Below are positions 38,715 to 51,301 of a stretch of DNA of 64,000 nt, piece by piece. Under the pieces are notes generated by a model that was not told where the DNA came from, searched no databases, and saw nothing but the letters and a program-made list of their open reading frames with translations. The position numbers and the translations under genes were made by a program. Within the stretch, counting starts at the first letter, position 1. Each line of letters opens with the position of its first letter. Source of the stretch: Octopus bimaculoides (taxonomy: Eukaryota); the NCBI RefSeq assembly GCF_001194135.2, contig NC_068989.1, forward strand, positions 15,638,968 through 15,702,967, written 5' to 3'.

Positions 38715-39310
38715 AGCATTAGAATCAGTAATCCTGCTTACTGATATGGACATTATCTTAAGCCAGTCGTTGAAGGTAAAAATGTCTCTATCCTCTGCGA
38801 TTTTCCAATCATCACCGACAGAATGATCCAGGCTAATCGATCAGACATAGTCATTACAGACAGAGAAGAAAATACGCGTAGACTAATAGATGTAAGTGTT
38901 TCCACTGATAAAATTATATCTGCAAAGGAATTTGACAAATTAAGTAAATATAAGGACCTGGAAATTGAAATACAAAAGATGTGGCATCTTAAAGGGAGAA
39001 CTGTTCCTGTCATTGTGGGTGCAATAGGCATGATAGGAAAGGGATGTCAAAAACATCTAGATAATATCTCAGGAGAACCATGTCTCAGAGAACTCCAAAA
39101 GATTGTGTTAAGTATTGCCCACATCCTTAGAGAAAAGCCCTATCAATTTAAATGTCAGTGTTGTATTACACGAAGATATTTCGCTACTGACCCTGTCACT
39201 GCCCCTCCCCAAGCTTTCAGTCATACTGTAACATCTCTTATCCTTCACTCGCCTTAGGATGGTGGATGTGTCTCAGCAAGTGATTGTAACAAACATGCAG
39301 ATTAAAAGTG
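38715..39310 (+). mobile_element. R4/Dong-type LINE, 5'-truncated; restriction-like endonuclease domain
   Basis: PVVEGKNVSILCDFPIITDRMIQANRSDIV..LIDVSV..KEFDKLSKYKDLEIEIQKMW..TVPVIVGAIG..ELQKIVLSIAHILR; (aat)n on both flanks. Confidence 0.85.
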
Positions 39311-39323
39311 AATAATAATAATG

Positions 39324-39364
<41 letters not shown>

Positions 39365-39819
39365 GCTAAAGATGATAATTGAACAGAGTAATACCAAGGT
39401 GAAAGTAAATCGTGGGATAGAAACTTCTTAAAATATTTCTCTCCTTATATGTATGGACTTCATATAAATAATCTTTGTTAATATATGTACCAATTTATGT
39501 ATGAGATAATCACCCGTTTGTACACTGGTGCTCAATTATTCATTGCTAATGTTACCAAAATCCTCGTATGTGAAATACCATCAGATAATCAGTCAGTGCT
39601 ATGGTCAGATCTTCCTTACTCCTTCAGCCTTCAGTTATGGCTTAGTGTGGTCCAGTAACTGAATCTTCGCAGCATTCCATCAGTTTCGGACGAAGATTAT
39701 TTTCCCGGATCCGTAATTATTCTATCTGATGCTACTAAAGTTAAGAAGTTGTATACTATAAATCACTAAGATAATATTTGTTGATTGTAATTTCTTCGCT
39801 TTTGTGGGTTATGATATTT

Positions 39820-40620
39820 TTCCCCTCCTTCGATGAATTATTCCAATGCTGTTTTGGGTTCATTCAAGAAATCATTGAATAATTTTGTACGCGATTTCTA
39901 CTTGCCGATTAAATATTTCCAGTTATTCATCTTTTATAGACACTGAGCTGTTTCTTTTGTTGTCATTTGTTTTCACTATTGTTTAGTCACTTCACGTGCT
40001 GTTTTGAGAATTCTCTCTGCCCATCCCTGCACTGAATATTCTCATCTCCCAAAATTCTTCTTTTATTACTTTTAGCGCTGCATTGATTTCTGTATTATTT
40101 TTAATTATTTCTTGGTAAATCCTTTTGTGTTGGTTTTGTTCAAATAATCGTCGTCAAATTGCAGAACGACAGATTACTTTTGTTCTCTGATATCAAGTGC
40201 ATCTCTTTTTTTTTTATGTAGTATTTAAGTATTTGTTTCTCCTTTTGTTTGCATGTGTATTTTTTTCATTTCTAATAGCATTAAATATTAAAAGAACACT
40301 GTTATTTTCTATCTCTCTTCATCTGCACAGTGTTTGCATCGGTCTGTTGTTTCATCATCATTATTATTTCTGGGGTTTTTTTGCAGCCTTTTGATAATTG
40401 CCTTTTTAAGAATTTTCTACTCTTAAATCCTCCTCATATTCATTTTCTTCGTATTTTTGAATGCATAGATTTGATTTTGTAGCGTTTTAATTTTTTATAC
40501 TCTGTTATATGTTTGTATTGAACTGCTTCTGTGTGGCCTGCCTTCATGACTTACGTTGTCCATGTTCATGACTTGTTGCATGCATTTTTGGTACGTTGCT
40601 TGTATTTTTGTCATGTGTGT
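39820..40620 (-). pseudogene. Highly decayed R4/Dong-like ORF remnant (region N-terminal to RT)
   Basis: Fragments RLFEQNQ..RIYQEI..EEFWG and KMNNWK resemble R4-clade QN.LF..NQK.FY..FW..NWK.PG; many stops and frameshifts. Confidence 0.3.
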
Positions 40621-40704
40621 TTTACATTTTACGTATTCTATATCTATAACTGGTAATATCTTTTTGATTTACAGAATGTATTTTAAAATATGTCGCCATA
40701 AGTA

Positions 40705-41650
40705 TCGATCGAGCTAGCAAAATTATAAGAACGTCAGAAAAAGTACCTTTCGCTGTTTATTCCGGATTTATTCCAACATTTATATTCTGGTTTCAAATTC
40801 CACGGATCTGTTCAGCTTCGCTCACAGATTTTTTTATTATTATTTTTTAACTAAACAGTTTGAAACTTCGTATACTGGTGTAATTTCTCCCACTCAACAC
40901 GATTTAATTTCAACATTTTTGTCAAATTTTCGTATGTTAGAAGTTCTTTTGTGTTAAACTTGTCGTATTTGGGTAATTTTAGCCAATCAACGACGTGTAT
41001 TCAGTCGAAGAAAGCTACTGCTGTTTCCGATAGTAATCGAAGAGGAACAACTTTCGGGTCATCTCTACTAAATGTCATCACTCTGTTCTATTCGTATGTC
41101 GAGCAAAGGGCGAAGGGAAAGTGTTGCTCCTTGGTCATAGCTGACACAAAAGAGAAGCTTTCAGCCTGAAGAAAGATGATGCCACCTTTATCCTTTCTTC
41201 CTTTCTCGTCAGCACCGTGCATTCCTTATTTTTTCCGTCTCTACTGACATTTAGTAGAGATGATCTGGAAGTTGTTTCTCTTCGATCACTTTCGCAAACA
41301 GCAGTAGCTTTCTTCAACTGAATACACGTTGTTGATTGGTTAAAATTACCCAAATGCGACAACTTTAACACGAAATTACTTCTAAAATACGATATTTTGT
41401 TAAATATGTTAAAGTAAACCGTGTTGAGTGTGCGAAATTACTCCAGTATACGATGTTTCAAAATGTTTAGTTAAAAAATAATAATTAAAAAATCTGTGAG
41501 CGAAAATGAACAGATCCAGTTCCACCAAGGTTAACTTGAAATTTCATCTTTTTGATCTCGATAAAATAAAGCCCCAATCACATACTAAAGTCGATGTAAT
41601 CGACTAACCTATCCTCTAAAGAAAAGTTGCTGACCTTGTGTCAAAATTTC
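40705..41650 (+). mobile_element. Old SINE family B split by a MITE
   Basis: ...ttcaaattccac, MITE, then ttccaccaaggttaac...gtcgatgtaatcgac. Confidence 0.65.
40804..41517. mobile_element. Non-autonomous DNA transposon (MITE) with about 274-bp TIRs, GGATC termini and 8-bp TSD
   Basis: Arms 40804-41077 and 41245-41517 are inverted (mirror ORFs MLNLSYLGNF/MLKLSHLGNF); TSD aattccac (40796-40803) and agttccac (41518-41525). Confidence 0.9.
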
Positions 41651-41654
41651 AAAG

Positions 41655-41870
41655 GAAATGCAGCGAGCTGGCAGAATCGTTCGCGTGTCGGTGTGAGTGT
41701 TGAACGGTATTCCTTCCGGTTTTTTAAGTTTTGAGTTCAAATTCCACCGAGGTCGATTTTGCTTTCATACTTTTGGAGTCAATAGAATAAGTACCAGTCA
41801 AGTATTGGGGTCTATGAAATCGACTATCACCCTTCTACCAAATTTCAGGCATTCTGCTTACAGTAGAGAG
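41655..41870 (+). mobile_element. SINE family B
   Basis: gcagcgagctggcagaatcgtt...gagttcaaattccaccgaggtcga. Confidence 0.8.
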
Positions 41871-42512
41871 AATTATTGTTACTGTTATTATCACTGGATT
41901 TCCTAGAGAACACGTATTTTTCTTCTTTCTTCAGTATATAACTTTATTCAGGTACAACCAAACGAAACATTCCTTGGAGTACTGTCAAAACCTGATTTTC
42001 ATTATCATAACCTGAGGATAGTTTGTTTGACACAAAGGTTTGTTTTTACAGACTTTATTTTATTTGTTTATATGTTTTAACCACATTTCACATACACAAT
42101 CTCTACCAAACGCAAACGCAATATGAGACAAAATATTGCAACGGCAAACGGAGTGACACAGGCAGCAAGAAATGGGAAAGAAAAAAGTAACCGAATTACA
42201 CCGCAGAATGAATAGCAAGAAGAAAATAGCGATTATTTTAGTAAAAACAATTTTCAGGAAAAAATATTTCAAACAGTCTAACCATTAATGAACCAAGATG
42301 CAGTAATATTCGCGCCGAGACAAGCCTTGTAATTTGTTCGCGTAAAAGCTGTCTTAGATAAACAGGTCTCTCTTGTGACAGAGTCTAAATTTCATGTTTA
42401 ACGCAGGTACTAGAAAAAGATTAGTTGGGAGAATTTTGTAAAACCAGATATCTTAGGCGTAAAATCTGACCTACGGGAGGAAAAGAAAAGCGGCATATGT
42501 ATATGTATAGAC

Positions 42513-42868
42513 GTAGGAGTGGCTGTGTGGTAAGTAGCTTGCTTACCAATCACATGGTTCCGGGTTTAGTCCCACTGCGTAGCACCTAGGTCAAGTGTCT
42601 TCTACTATAGCCTCGGGCCGGTCAAAGCCTTGTGAGTGGATTTGGTAGACGGAAATTGAAAGAAGCCTGTCGTATATATGTATATATATATATATGTATG
42701 TATGTATGTATGTGTATATGTTTGTGTGTCTGTGTTTGTACCCCCAACATCACTTGACAACCGATGCTGGTGTGTTTACGTCCCCGTAGCCTAGCGGTTC
42801 GGCAAAAGAGACCAATAGAATAAGTACTAGGCTTACAAAAAATAAGTCCTGGGGTCGATTTACCGACG
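42513..42868 (+). mobile_element. SINE family A, slightly 3'-truncated
   Basis: gtaggagtggctgtgtggtaagtagcttgc..., near-identical to 5932. Confidence 0.85.
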
Positions 42869-42960
42869 AAGCAGCAATTGCAACAAGGACTCCATGAAAT
42901 TTCTGGAGAAATTCTTGCAACCAGAAGAAAGAATAGTATATAGTAACGTCTGTTGCACTT

Positions 42961-43549
42961 TTAGGAACACAGATCAGTTAAAACAAAAATATACCTCCAC
43001 CCATGCAACTGTGCCTTGTATATGAGGCTAAGAAATAGAAAAGTGGCGATAAGAGACATTGAAAATGATGTGGATTCGTGACTGGTATTTACTTTTGTAT
43101 TGCAGTTCGGAAAGGTAGTTAAAGTTGGGTTGACTAAACGAAACATTTGATCAACGGGTGTCAAAAGGGATTTGCAAATCATAATGAGCTTCGAGGGCCA
43201 CAAGGTTACTGTGCCCACTTGAAGGTATCCGGTAATGGTTATGAAACTCTGATAGTTCAGAGCAAAGGCCCAGATGTAATACATGTCGTAATAAGGATCC
43301 TTTCGGCGCGTTTTGCTCTGAATAACGAGAAGGACAAGGCACAACCAGCTTAGATAGCGACAAGAACAGTAAACCTTAATTTCTTGAGCATCACCAGTCA
43401 CAACTCTAGGAGTAGCAGAGATCCCCTTGTGAAAAGTCCTTGAAATAAGCGAGCAGTGTCTCCGTCCCCTTGTAGTAGTAACCAGTAACGTCACTCCATT
43501 GTCATGTGACGAAAAATATAATGTTTCTGGAGGTAAATATCCAAATTCT
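42961..43549 (-). CDS. Putative coding exon of unknown product (195 aa, EFGYLPPETLY...LTDLCS*)
   Basis: Longest gap-free open frame not explained by a TE; preceded by a long polypyrimidine tract ending tataccag; visibly less AT-rich than flanks; other frames closed. Confidence 0.4.
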
Positions 43550-44275
43550 CTGGTATAAACAAAAGGAATAAAGAATAACGAACAACAGAAAACAACTAAA
43601 GGGGAGGAACAACTCAAAACCACAATCAAGCTCATCCGCTTTTTTTTATATGTAGTCGGCTGCATAATTTTATTTCGAATGTGTATTGTTTCTATGAGTT
43701 TAATTCAGTATTCTGGATCTTGTTGTTGTTTATCATAAAGCTCTGCACATTAGCAATGTGTGCTTGCATTGATATTTTCCTCACGTTTTCGTTTTCTTTC
43801 TCCATAACTCATATGTCTATTTACAAAGCTCGTGTGTGTTTGGCATATAGTTGGTGTGCAGAAGCAATGCAACACCTCCAAGTAAGTTCAGATTCTAATA
43901 CCTTCCCTAACTATGAGAGTAGTAACAGATAAAAAATTGGTGAGGGAATCAACAAGTATAACGATATGAACAAATGAATATCTTTTGATACATTTTCGAG
44001 TCACAGACGAGTGTTGCTTAGAAAAGAACATTCAGTAATGGAAAACAGTTGGCGGTGTATGTTGCAGGCGTGAGGGGTGCTTAGGATTTTGTAGAAGAAA
44101 GCGAAACAATAGGAAAGGCGTTCATATGACCTCGAGGTAGAATGCGCCATTGAATGAAGCTTGGCAGATGGCTGTTGAACATATGGAATCTGATGTTTAA
44201 CGTACATATTGAAAATGAGGTACAAAAACAGTAAAAACTCCTGCACTATATTTAAAGATCGAAAAGTAAAAAGGA

Positions 44276-44318
<43 letters not shown>

Positions 44319-45422
44319 NNNNNNNNNNNNNNNNNNNNNNNNNNNNNNNNNNNNNNNNNNNNNNNNNNNNNNNNNNNNNNNNNNNNNNNNNNNNNNNNNN
44401 NNNNNNNNNNNNNNNNNNNNNNNNNNNNNNNNNNNNNNNNNNNNNNNNNNNNNNNNNNNNNNNNNNNNNNNNNNNNNNNNNNNNNNNNNNNNNNNNNNNN
44501 NNNNNNNNNNNNNNNNNNNNNNNNNNNNNNNNNNNNNNNNNNNNNNNNNNNNNNNNNNNNNNNNNNNNNNNNNNNNNNNNNNNNNNNNNNNNNNNNNNNN
44601 NNNNNNNNNNNNNNNNNNNNNNNNNNNNNNNNNNNNNNNNNNNNNNNNNNNNNNNNNNNNNNNNNNNNNNNNNNNNNNNNNNNNNNNNNNNNNNNNNNNN
44701 NNNNNNNNNNNNNNNNNNNNNNNNNNNNNNNNNNNNNNNNNNNNNNNNNNNNNNNNNNNNNNNNNNNNNNNNNNNNNNNNNNNNNNNNNNNNNNNNNNNN
44801 NNNNNNNNNNNNNNNNNNNNNNNNNNNNNTATATATATATATAATTTAGAGAAAAAACCCACAATTATGTAATTCAGATTCCATATAATTTAGAGAAAAA
44901 ACCCACAATTATGTAATTCATCGCTAAAAATCCACAATCACATATAGAAAAATTAACTCGTCAATAGTTAAATGAATTAGCTCTCTTGTTTATTTCGCTG
45001 CCGAGGTGAAACCGTCGCCGCTGGGTTTGACATTGTTTTTCTTGTTTGATTCTCCTTTTTCGTTTGAGTTTAGTGTGTTCATGTCGGTGGTGAGGTTGGC
45101 GGCGTCTACTTGACTTCTCTTTTTTTTTTTCTTTTTCTGTTTCAAACGTGGTGCAGGTGTTATGATTGAAATTCATACTGTTATTCGTGATGTTCGACAG
45201 GGGAAGTTATCTTGATTTTTCGTTAGGCGAAGAAACAAGAATATTTTTTTAATGGACAAAAAGTCCAAAATTAGCCCCTAAAAGGATGAAATTTTCAACA
45301 AAAGAACCCCTTCTGCATACCAAAAGGGGTTCGGAAGACAAAAACCAACAAACAAACAGTCAATAAACTTGAAAAATAACAACAAATTTCAACCTGACGA
45401 AGCTCTGAAAGACACGTCTTAC

Positions 45423-45675
45423 CTCGACGACGACAACAACAACAACAACAACAATAATGATGATGATGATGATGATGATGATGATAATAATAACAATAAT
45501 AATAAAGATTATTAGTATTATTCACCACCATTCTCATCTTCATTGGCAGCCTCTATCCCTACTCTGCCCTTTGTTTTCAAACAACAATAAGTACCACCAC
45601 CACCACCACCACCACCACCACCACTACTACTACTGCTGCTATTACTACTACTACTACTATTATTATTATTTTTAC
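45423..45675. repeat. Compound trinucleotide microsatellite (GAC/AAC/GAT/AAT/CAC/TAC/TAT)
   Basis: Directly visible; source of the poly-M/H/Y/C ORFs. Confidence 0.95.
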
Positions 45676-46664
45676 TAGTCATTATTCTTAGTACCATTCT
45701 TGTGTGAATTGTGTAGGATGATAACTATCGATTAACTGAAGCTCAATTGTCCAGAAGGGAAAAAATCTTGTCAATACAAATTTATTGAAAATACTTGTTT
45801 ATTTTTTTTTTTTTACTTCGTTTTCACCTATCAACCCATACCAGAAATTGTATATCTTACTAGACAATTTATGCTAAACCTTTTGATTCCCATAGAAAAA
45901 TTTGTTTCGTTATGGTTTTTATATCAACATTTTCCGTTATCATTATAATTATTATGAAAAGTTTTTCCTTGATAATGTGCTGTATGCAAACGTCATCCAG
46001 CAGGCGCCAGACAGACATCAGAGGGAGATAACGTATATAATGTTCTTAATTCATTTGATGATTGTACAATGTCGAAATCTGGAGTGTTCAATAAAAATTC
46101 TATGAAACTATAGAATTTACGGTGATAGTGCCCTTCGTGAGATGTTTGTAATGCCCATTCTGGCTTTTGCATTTCTTTTAAGCATGGTTTTCTCTATGAA
46201 TTTCTCTGTCTCTTTATTTATTACCCAGTATGCCCTATAATAACAGGTACCGTCGTGGTTTTCATCTTCCACATTTTGGCAATCTTCATAATTCAGGCTT
46301 TATATTTCTATATTTTATTGAGTTCTTTGACTACGGCTTTGCTGTTGTCAGTTCTCATTATATATGTCATTGTGGGAGTTACTGTTAAGAGGATATCTCG
46401 TTTCATGTCCCCCAATCTCTACAGACGTTCTAAATAATTTTTTTTTTTAAATGCTTACGTTTCATATTTTAAATCATAATTGTATAGTCAAGGATCGTAT
46501 TATAGAGAACACAGGATGACGGGAGATGACCGAGATGTAGGGAATGAATGGAAAGGGACCTTCACTTCACTTTTACGAGAGGAATCTTTCCGTTACTGGT
46601 TCAAACTTTTCTAAAAAGATATAGCTAACAGCGTGACTATCACTGATACCACCATCTGACTTGA

Positions 46665-46970
46665 CTGTGGTAGTAATAGCAACAAGAAAAACGTTTTGAA
46701 AGACAAAGGTAATAACAGCCATAAGAGCAACATTTCGAGTAACAGTGGCGATAGCAACAACAAGAACAACGACATATCGAGTGACAGTGGTTACAGCAAC
46801 ATGAGCAACGTTTCGAGTGACAGCGCTGATAGCAAGAACGGGAAGAACAAGCGACATCGACGAAAGCAGAAATAGAGTAACAATGTTCCGAGCGACATTG
46901 TTGATAACAACAAGAGCAGCAAAGTTTCAAGCGACAGTGGCGATAGCAACAAGAACATCGGCAATTTTTC
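46665..46970 (+). repeat. Degenerate 36-42-nt tandem repeat translating as Ser/Asn/Asp-rich units (about NVSSDSGDSNKS)
   Basis: About 7 units of aac gtt tcg agt gac agt ggc gat agc aac aag agc; one in-frame TAG. Confidence 0.7.
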
Positions 46971-47994
46971 TACCACCACCAGTGCTATCATTACAAGTAA
47001 TAAAATAACGGACTCAGTTACGGGTTGTGTGAAAATTGGAATGAGACCAACGAAGTGCAGCATTTAACTCCATCAAATGCTACCATATAATTGTTTTCAC
47101 AGAGTTTTCATCTTCCTCAAAAACTTACTCAAGAGAAAATCGGGTTTCAGCTGCATAGAATCTACTTGATTGTTTAACCCACTCAAGGAGACCCTGTACA
47201 GCTGAGACATGATCTTCCGTTTGAGATGACATCACTCTACACACTTTACTTCCAAACACCGCTATAACCACCACTACCAGCACTATCATTACAAGATATC
47301 GGACCCAGCAGAAGGCTGAGTAAAAATTGGAATTAGAATAACGAAACGCAGCATTTAACTCCACCAAATGTTACCATATCCATGTTTGCTCTCCAACCAC
47401 TCCAACCGCCACTATCACCGCTGCTGCAGCCACAGAGATTATGAGCACCAGTAGGAACAACAACGTCACTGGTAGCAGCATCAGGTACCGCTTAAATACT
47501 GGGTTGGTCTGACGGTTTCTTGTTCTGACTGGCTTTGTGCTGACATGCGAAATTCTTATTGTCTTTGTTATTGCTTTTATTTGTGTTTGTTGCCTAATTT
47601 ATTGTAATTTCGTCACCCAGAAATAGGAAGAGAGTTCTTAGGTATATAAATATGTATGCGCACGCGTCTGTGCGTAAAAGCGATGGAGAAAGAGAAAGAG
47701 AGAGAGGGGGGTGAGAGAGAAAGACAGAGAGGGAGAGAGAGAGAGATGAATAAATGTATAATTGGTACTTGCTTCTCATTTCAGGACAGAACATTTATTT
47801 TAGTTTGACTGGTGAGAGGGGACTTGTTAGTAGAAGATATTATTATTCATCTTATATCATAATATGAGTAGTCAAATTCGTCTCCCGGAATGTGCGAATG
47901 ATACATCCATCCATCCATCCATCCATGCATACATATATATATATATACATACATACATGCATATATATGTCACCATGCTTGGTCGCTAAATCCA

Positions 47995-48172
47995 TAAGTT
48001 TTTTTTTATTCTTTCTCTGTTTATTTTCTCTTATTCCTTTCTGTTGAAGAGCGCAGGCTCCAAACATAAAATACTTTCTCACTTTCCCGAGCATCAAACT
48101 AATACACCTGCTTGTTGTTCATACACCTATCCTCTTGTTTTGTTTTTCTGTAAATTTCAACTATATAAATAT
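47995..48172 (+). mobile_element. Third copy of the 11.7-kb short repeat (hammerhead-like variant, decayed)
   Basis: ccttt-ctgttga-a-gagc(gcag)gctc-caaac-ata-aaata at 48036-48073; aaactaatacac and ctgtaaatttcaact are reverse complements of 11703-11775 motifs. Confidence 0.6.
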
Positions 48173-49535
48173 ATATATATATANNNNNNNNNNNNNNNNN
48201 NNNNNNNNNNNNNNNNNNNNNNNNNNNNNNNNNNNNNNNNNNNNNNNNNNNNNNNNNNNNNNNNNNNNNNNNNNNNNNNNNNNNNNNNNNNNNNNNNNNN
48301 NNNNNNNNNNNNNNNNNNNNNNNNNNNNNNNNNNNNNNNNNNNNNNNNNNNNNNNNNNNNNNNNNNNNNNNNNNNNNNNNNNNNNNNNNNNNNNNNNNNN
48401 NNNNNNNNNNNNNNNNNNNNNNNNNNNNNNNNNNNNNNNNNNNNNNNNNNNNNNNNNNNNNNNNNNNNNNNNNNNNNNNNNNNNNNNNNNNNNNNNNNNN
48501 NNNNNNNNNNNNNNNNNNNNNNNNNNNNNNNNNNNNNNNNNNNNNNNNNNNNNNNNNNNNNNNNNNNNNNNNNNNNNNNNNNNNNNNNNNNNNNNNNNNN
48601 NNNNNNNNNNNNNNNNNNNNNNNNNNNNNNNNNNNNNNNNNNNNNNNNNNNNNNNNNNNNNNNNNNNNNNNNNNNNNNNNNNNNTCCATCCATCCATCCA
48701 TGCATACATATATATACTTTCAATACCACATATTCAATAATGTTTGTAGCATTGTCACAATAGGAAGGCAAAGAGAACTTAACAAGTATTTTTCCATGGG
48801 CAATATCTTGTAAGATTTTTCTAGTGTATGTTCACATCTTAACGTAAAGATAAAAAAAAATTAATACTTAATATCTTCCACAGAAGATGTGAGAAATTTA
48901 AAACAAAGACTAAGCTATTCAAAAATGCTCAGTCTCAAGACTGCACACCGATTGGCATACAAATTAATTTTATCCTATTTCATGAAGTTAAAGTTTTAAT
49001 AAAAAATATTCAGCCCAAAGGAATCTTTGTTTTTCATAGTCATCTATAAAATTCTAACAATTCTATTCGTTATAGATTAACTGCCAAATATCCAAACATA
49101 ATGCTAGTTGCCACATTTGTTAACGTAAGTGTATTTAGTTGCTAACGGCAGTGTATTTAGTTAATGTGTAAAAAATGCTGTAATTTCCAAAAACATATTT
49201 ATAATCTCTTTGCCCATTCCGAAAGAGGAAATTGGTTAGCAGTATTGCAAGTGATAACTCAGAATGTTAAATCCTCCAGGCAGCCATTTTAGAATAAATA
49301 TTTTGTGAAATGTGAAACAAGCAATAATTTGCATACATATATAATATATATAATAAATATCATATATGTATTATATATATGTCATATGATGTATGTATGT
49401 ATGTATGTATGTATGTATGTATGCATGCATGTATGTACGTACTTATTATGCATGTACATGTGTATGTATGTGAGCATGTGTATATATATGTATGCGTGTA
49501 TATGTATATGTATGTATAAGATATATATACATATC

Positions 49536-49828
49536 GTGGCACTCCGTCAATTACGACGATGTGGGTACCAGTTGATCCGATCAACAGAACAACATTAACG
49601 TGCAAGTGACTGAGCACTCCACAGACACATGTACCCTTAACGTAGTTCTCGAGGAGATTAAGCGTGACACAGAGTGTGATAAGGCTGGCCCTTTGAAATA
49701 CAGGCACAACAGAAACAGGAAGAAAGAGTGACTGAAAGGTGTGGTGAAAGAGTACAGCAGGGTTCGGCCCCCCGCCCCTGCGGGAGCATCGTAGACCTTT
49801 AGGTGTTTTCGCTTAATAAACACACACA
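49536..49828 (-). mobile_element. SINE family C, runs into gap
   Basis: Matches 30803-31100. Confidence 0.85.
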
Positions 49829-50014
49829 NNNNNNNNNNNNNNNNNNNNNNNNNNNNNNNNNNNNNNNNNNNNNNNNNNNNNNNNNNNNNNNNNNNNNNNN
49901 NNNNNNNNNNNNNNNNNNNNNNNNNNNNNNNNNNNNNNNNNNNNNNNNNNNNNNNNNNNNNNNNNNNNNNNNNNNNNNNNNNNNNNNNNNNNNNNNNNNN
50001 NNNNNNNNNNNNNN

Positions 50015-50350
50015 GGTCGACTTTGCCTTTCATCCTTTCGGATCGATTAAATAAGTACCAGTTACACACTGGGGTCGATGTAATCGACTTAATCCCTTTG
50101 TCTGTCCTTGTTTGTCCCTTCTAGGTTTAGCCTCTTGTGGGCAATAAAGAAATAAGAAACATTAGCACGCTGGGTGAAATGTTTAGCGGTATTTCTTCTG
50201 TCCTTACGTCCTGAGTTCAAATTCCACCGAGGTAGACTTTGCCATTCATCCTTTCGGGGTCAATAAATTAAGCACTAGTTGCGTACTGAGGTCGATCTAA
50301 TCGACTGGCTTCCTCCACCAAAATTTCGGGCCTTGTTCCTAATGTAGAAT
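50015..50350 (+). mobile_element. Dimeric SINE B (long-tail unit plus short-tail unit)
   Basis: gggcaataaagaaataag|aaacattagcacg junction at about 50157. Confidence 0.85.
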
Positions 50351-50794
50351 GGAGTATTATATATTTCAATATATGAATAGAGATGGCGTTTTGGGGATAA
50401 TTTTCATTTTGATAATAATGATTTACAGAGTGACTCTGATACGAGTTCCAAGCGTCAAATAACCGTTTTCAACTGAAAAATGTATGTTTTACTCGACGTT
50501 GTTCAGTTTGAAAACGAATATCTGAGGCTCGTGAAATGAATGTGCAAATGGCTGAGCACCTCACAATCACATAGATCACAGCAAAATGTTATTGATTCTG
50601 TTTTCTTACAAAAATACCACACCACAAATTTTGAGGACAGTCAGTCTATTCAACCGGCCTCAGCATTTGACTTAGAAGAAGGAAGTTAAATTCGGAAAGA
50701 TTTTTAACTCAAGATTTGGGGTACCGTAGCTAGATACATATTTTGTTTTTGTCTGCCACTCTAATGAATCTGTTACTTCCTCTAACAATGGTAA

Positions 50795-51002
50795 TAATAT
50801 TGATTTCAAAGCCAGTAAGTTCAGGGGCGGATTAAGTCGATTACACCGAACCTAGCACTCAACTGGTACTTAATTTATCGACCCTGAAAGGATGAAAGGT
50901 AAAGTTGGCCTCAGCGGAATTTGAACTCTGAACGTAAAGACGGACGAAAATCTGGTGAGCATTCAGCCCGGCGTGCTAACGATTCTGCCAGCTCACCGCC
51001 TT
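50795..51002 (-). mobile_element. SINE family B
   Basis: Reverse-complement head gattctgccagctcaccgcctt. Confidence 0.8.
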
Positions 51003-51067
51003 AACAATGATAATAATATTGATATTCAACATATGTACGAGCAGAACTTCTAGCAAGGAGCAATTCT

Positions 51068-51301
51068 TATTTCTTTATTGCCCACAGCGGGCTAAACATA
51101 GAGGGGGCAAACAAGGACAGACAAAGGGATTGAGTCGATTACATCGACCCCAGTGCGTAACTTGTACTTAATTTATCAACCCCGAAAGGGATGAAAGGCA
51201 AAGTCGACCTCGGCGGAATTTGAACTCAGAACGTAGCGGCAGACGAAATACCGCTAAGCATTTTGCCCGGCGTGCTAACGTTTCTACCAGCTCGCCGCCT
51301 T
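51068..51301 (-). mobile_element. SINE family B, long-tail type, 15-bp TSD (1 mismatch)
   Basis: gcaaggagcaattct (51053-51067) and gcgaggagcaattct (51302-51316). Confidence 0.9.

Noticed and set aside
45385-45425. CTGACGA...GAAA hammerhead-like words
   Set aside because: Stem II cannot close and there is no stem I complement
47905-48712. (CCAT)n-GCATACATA repeated on both sides of a gap
   Set aside because: Microsatellite and gap-edge redundancy; cannot be distinguished from an assembly artefact
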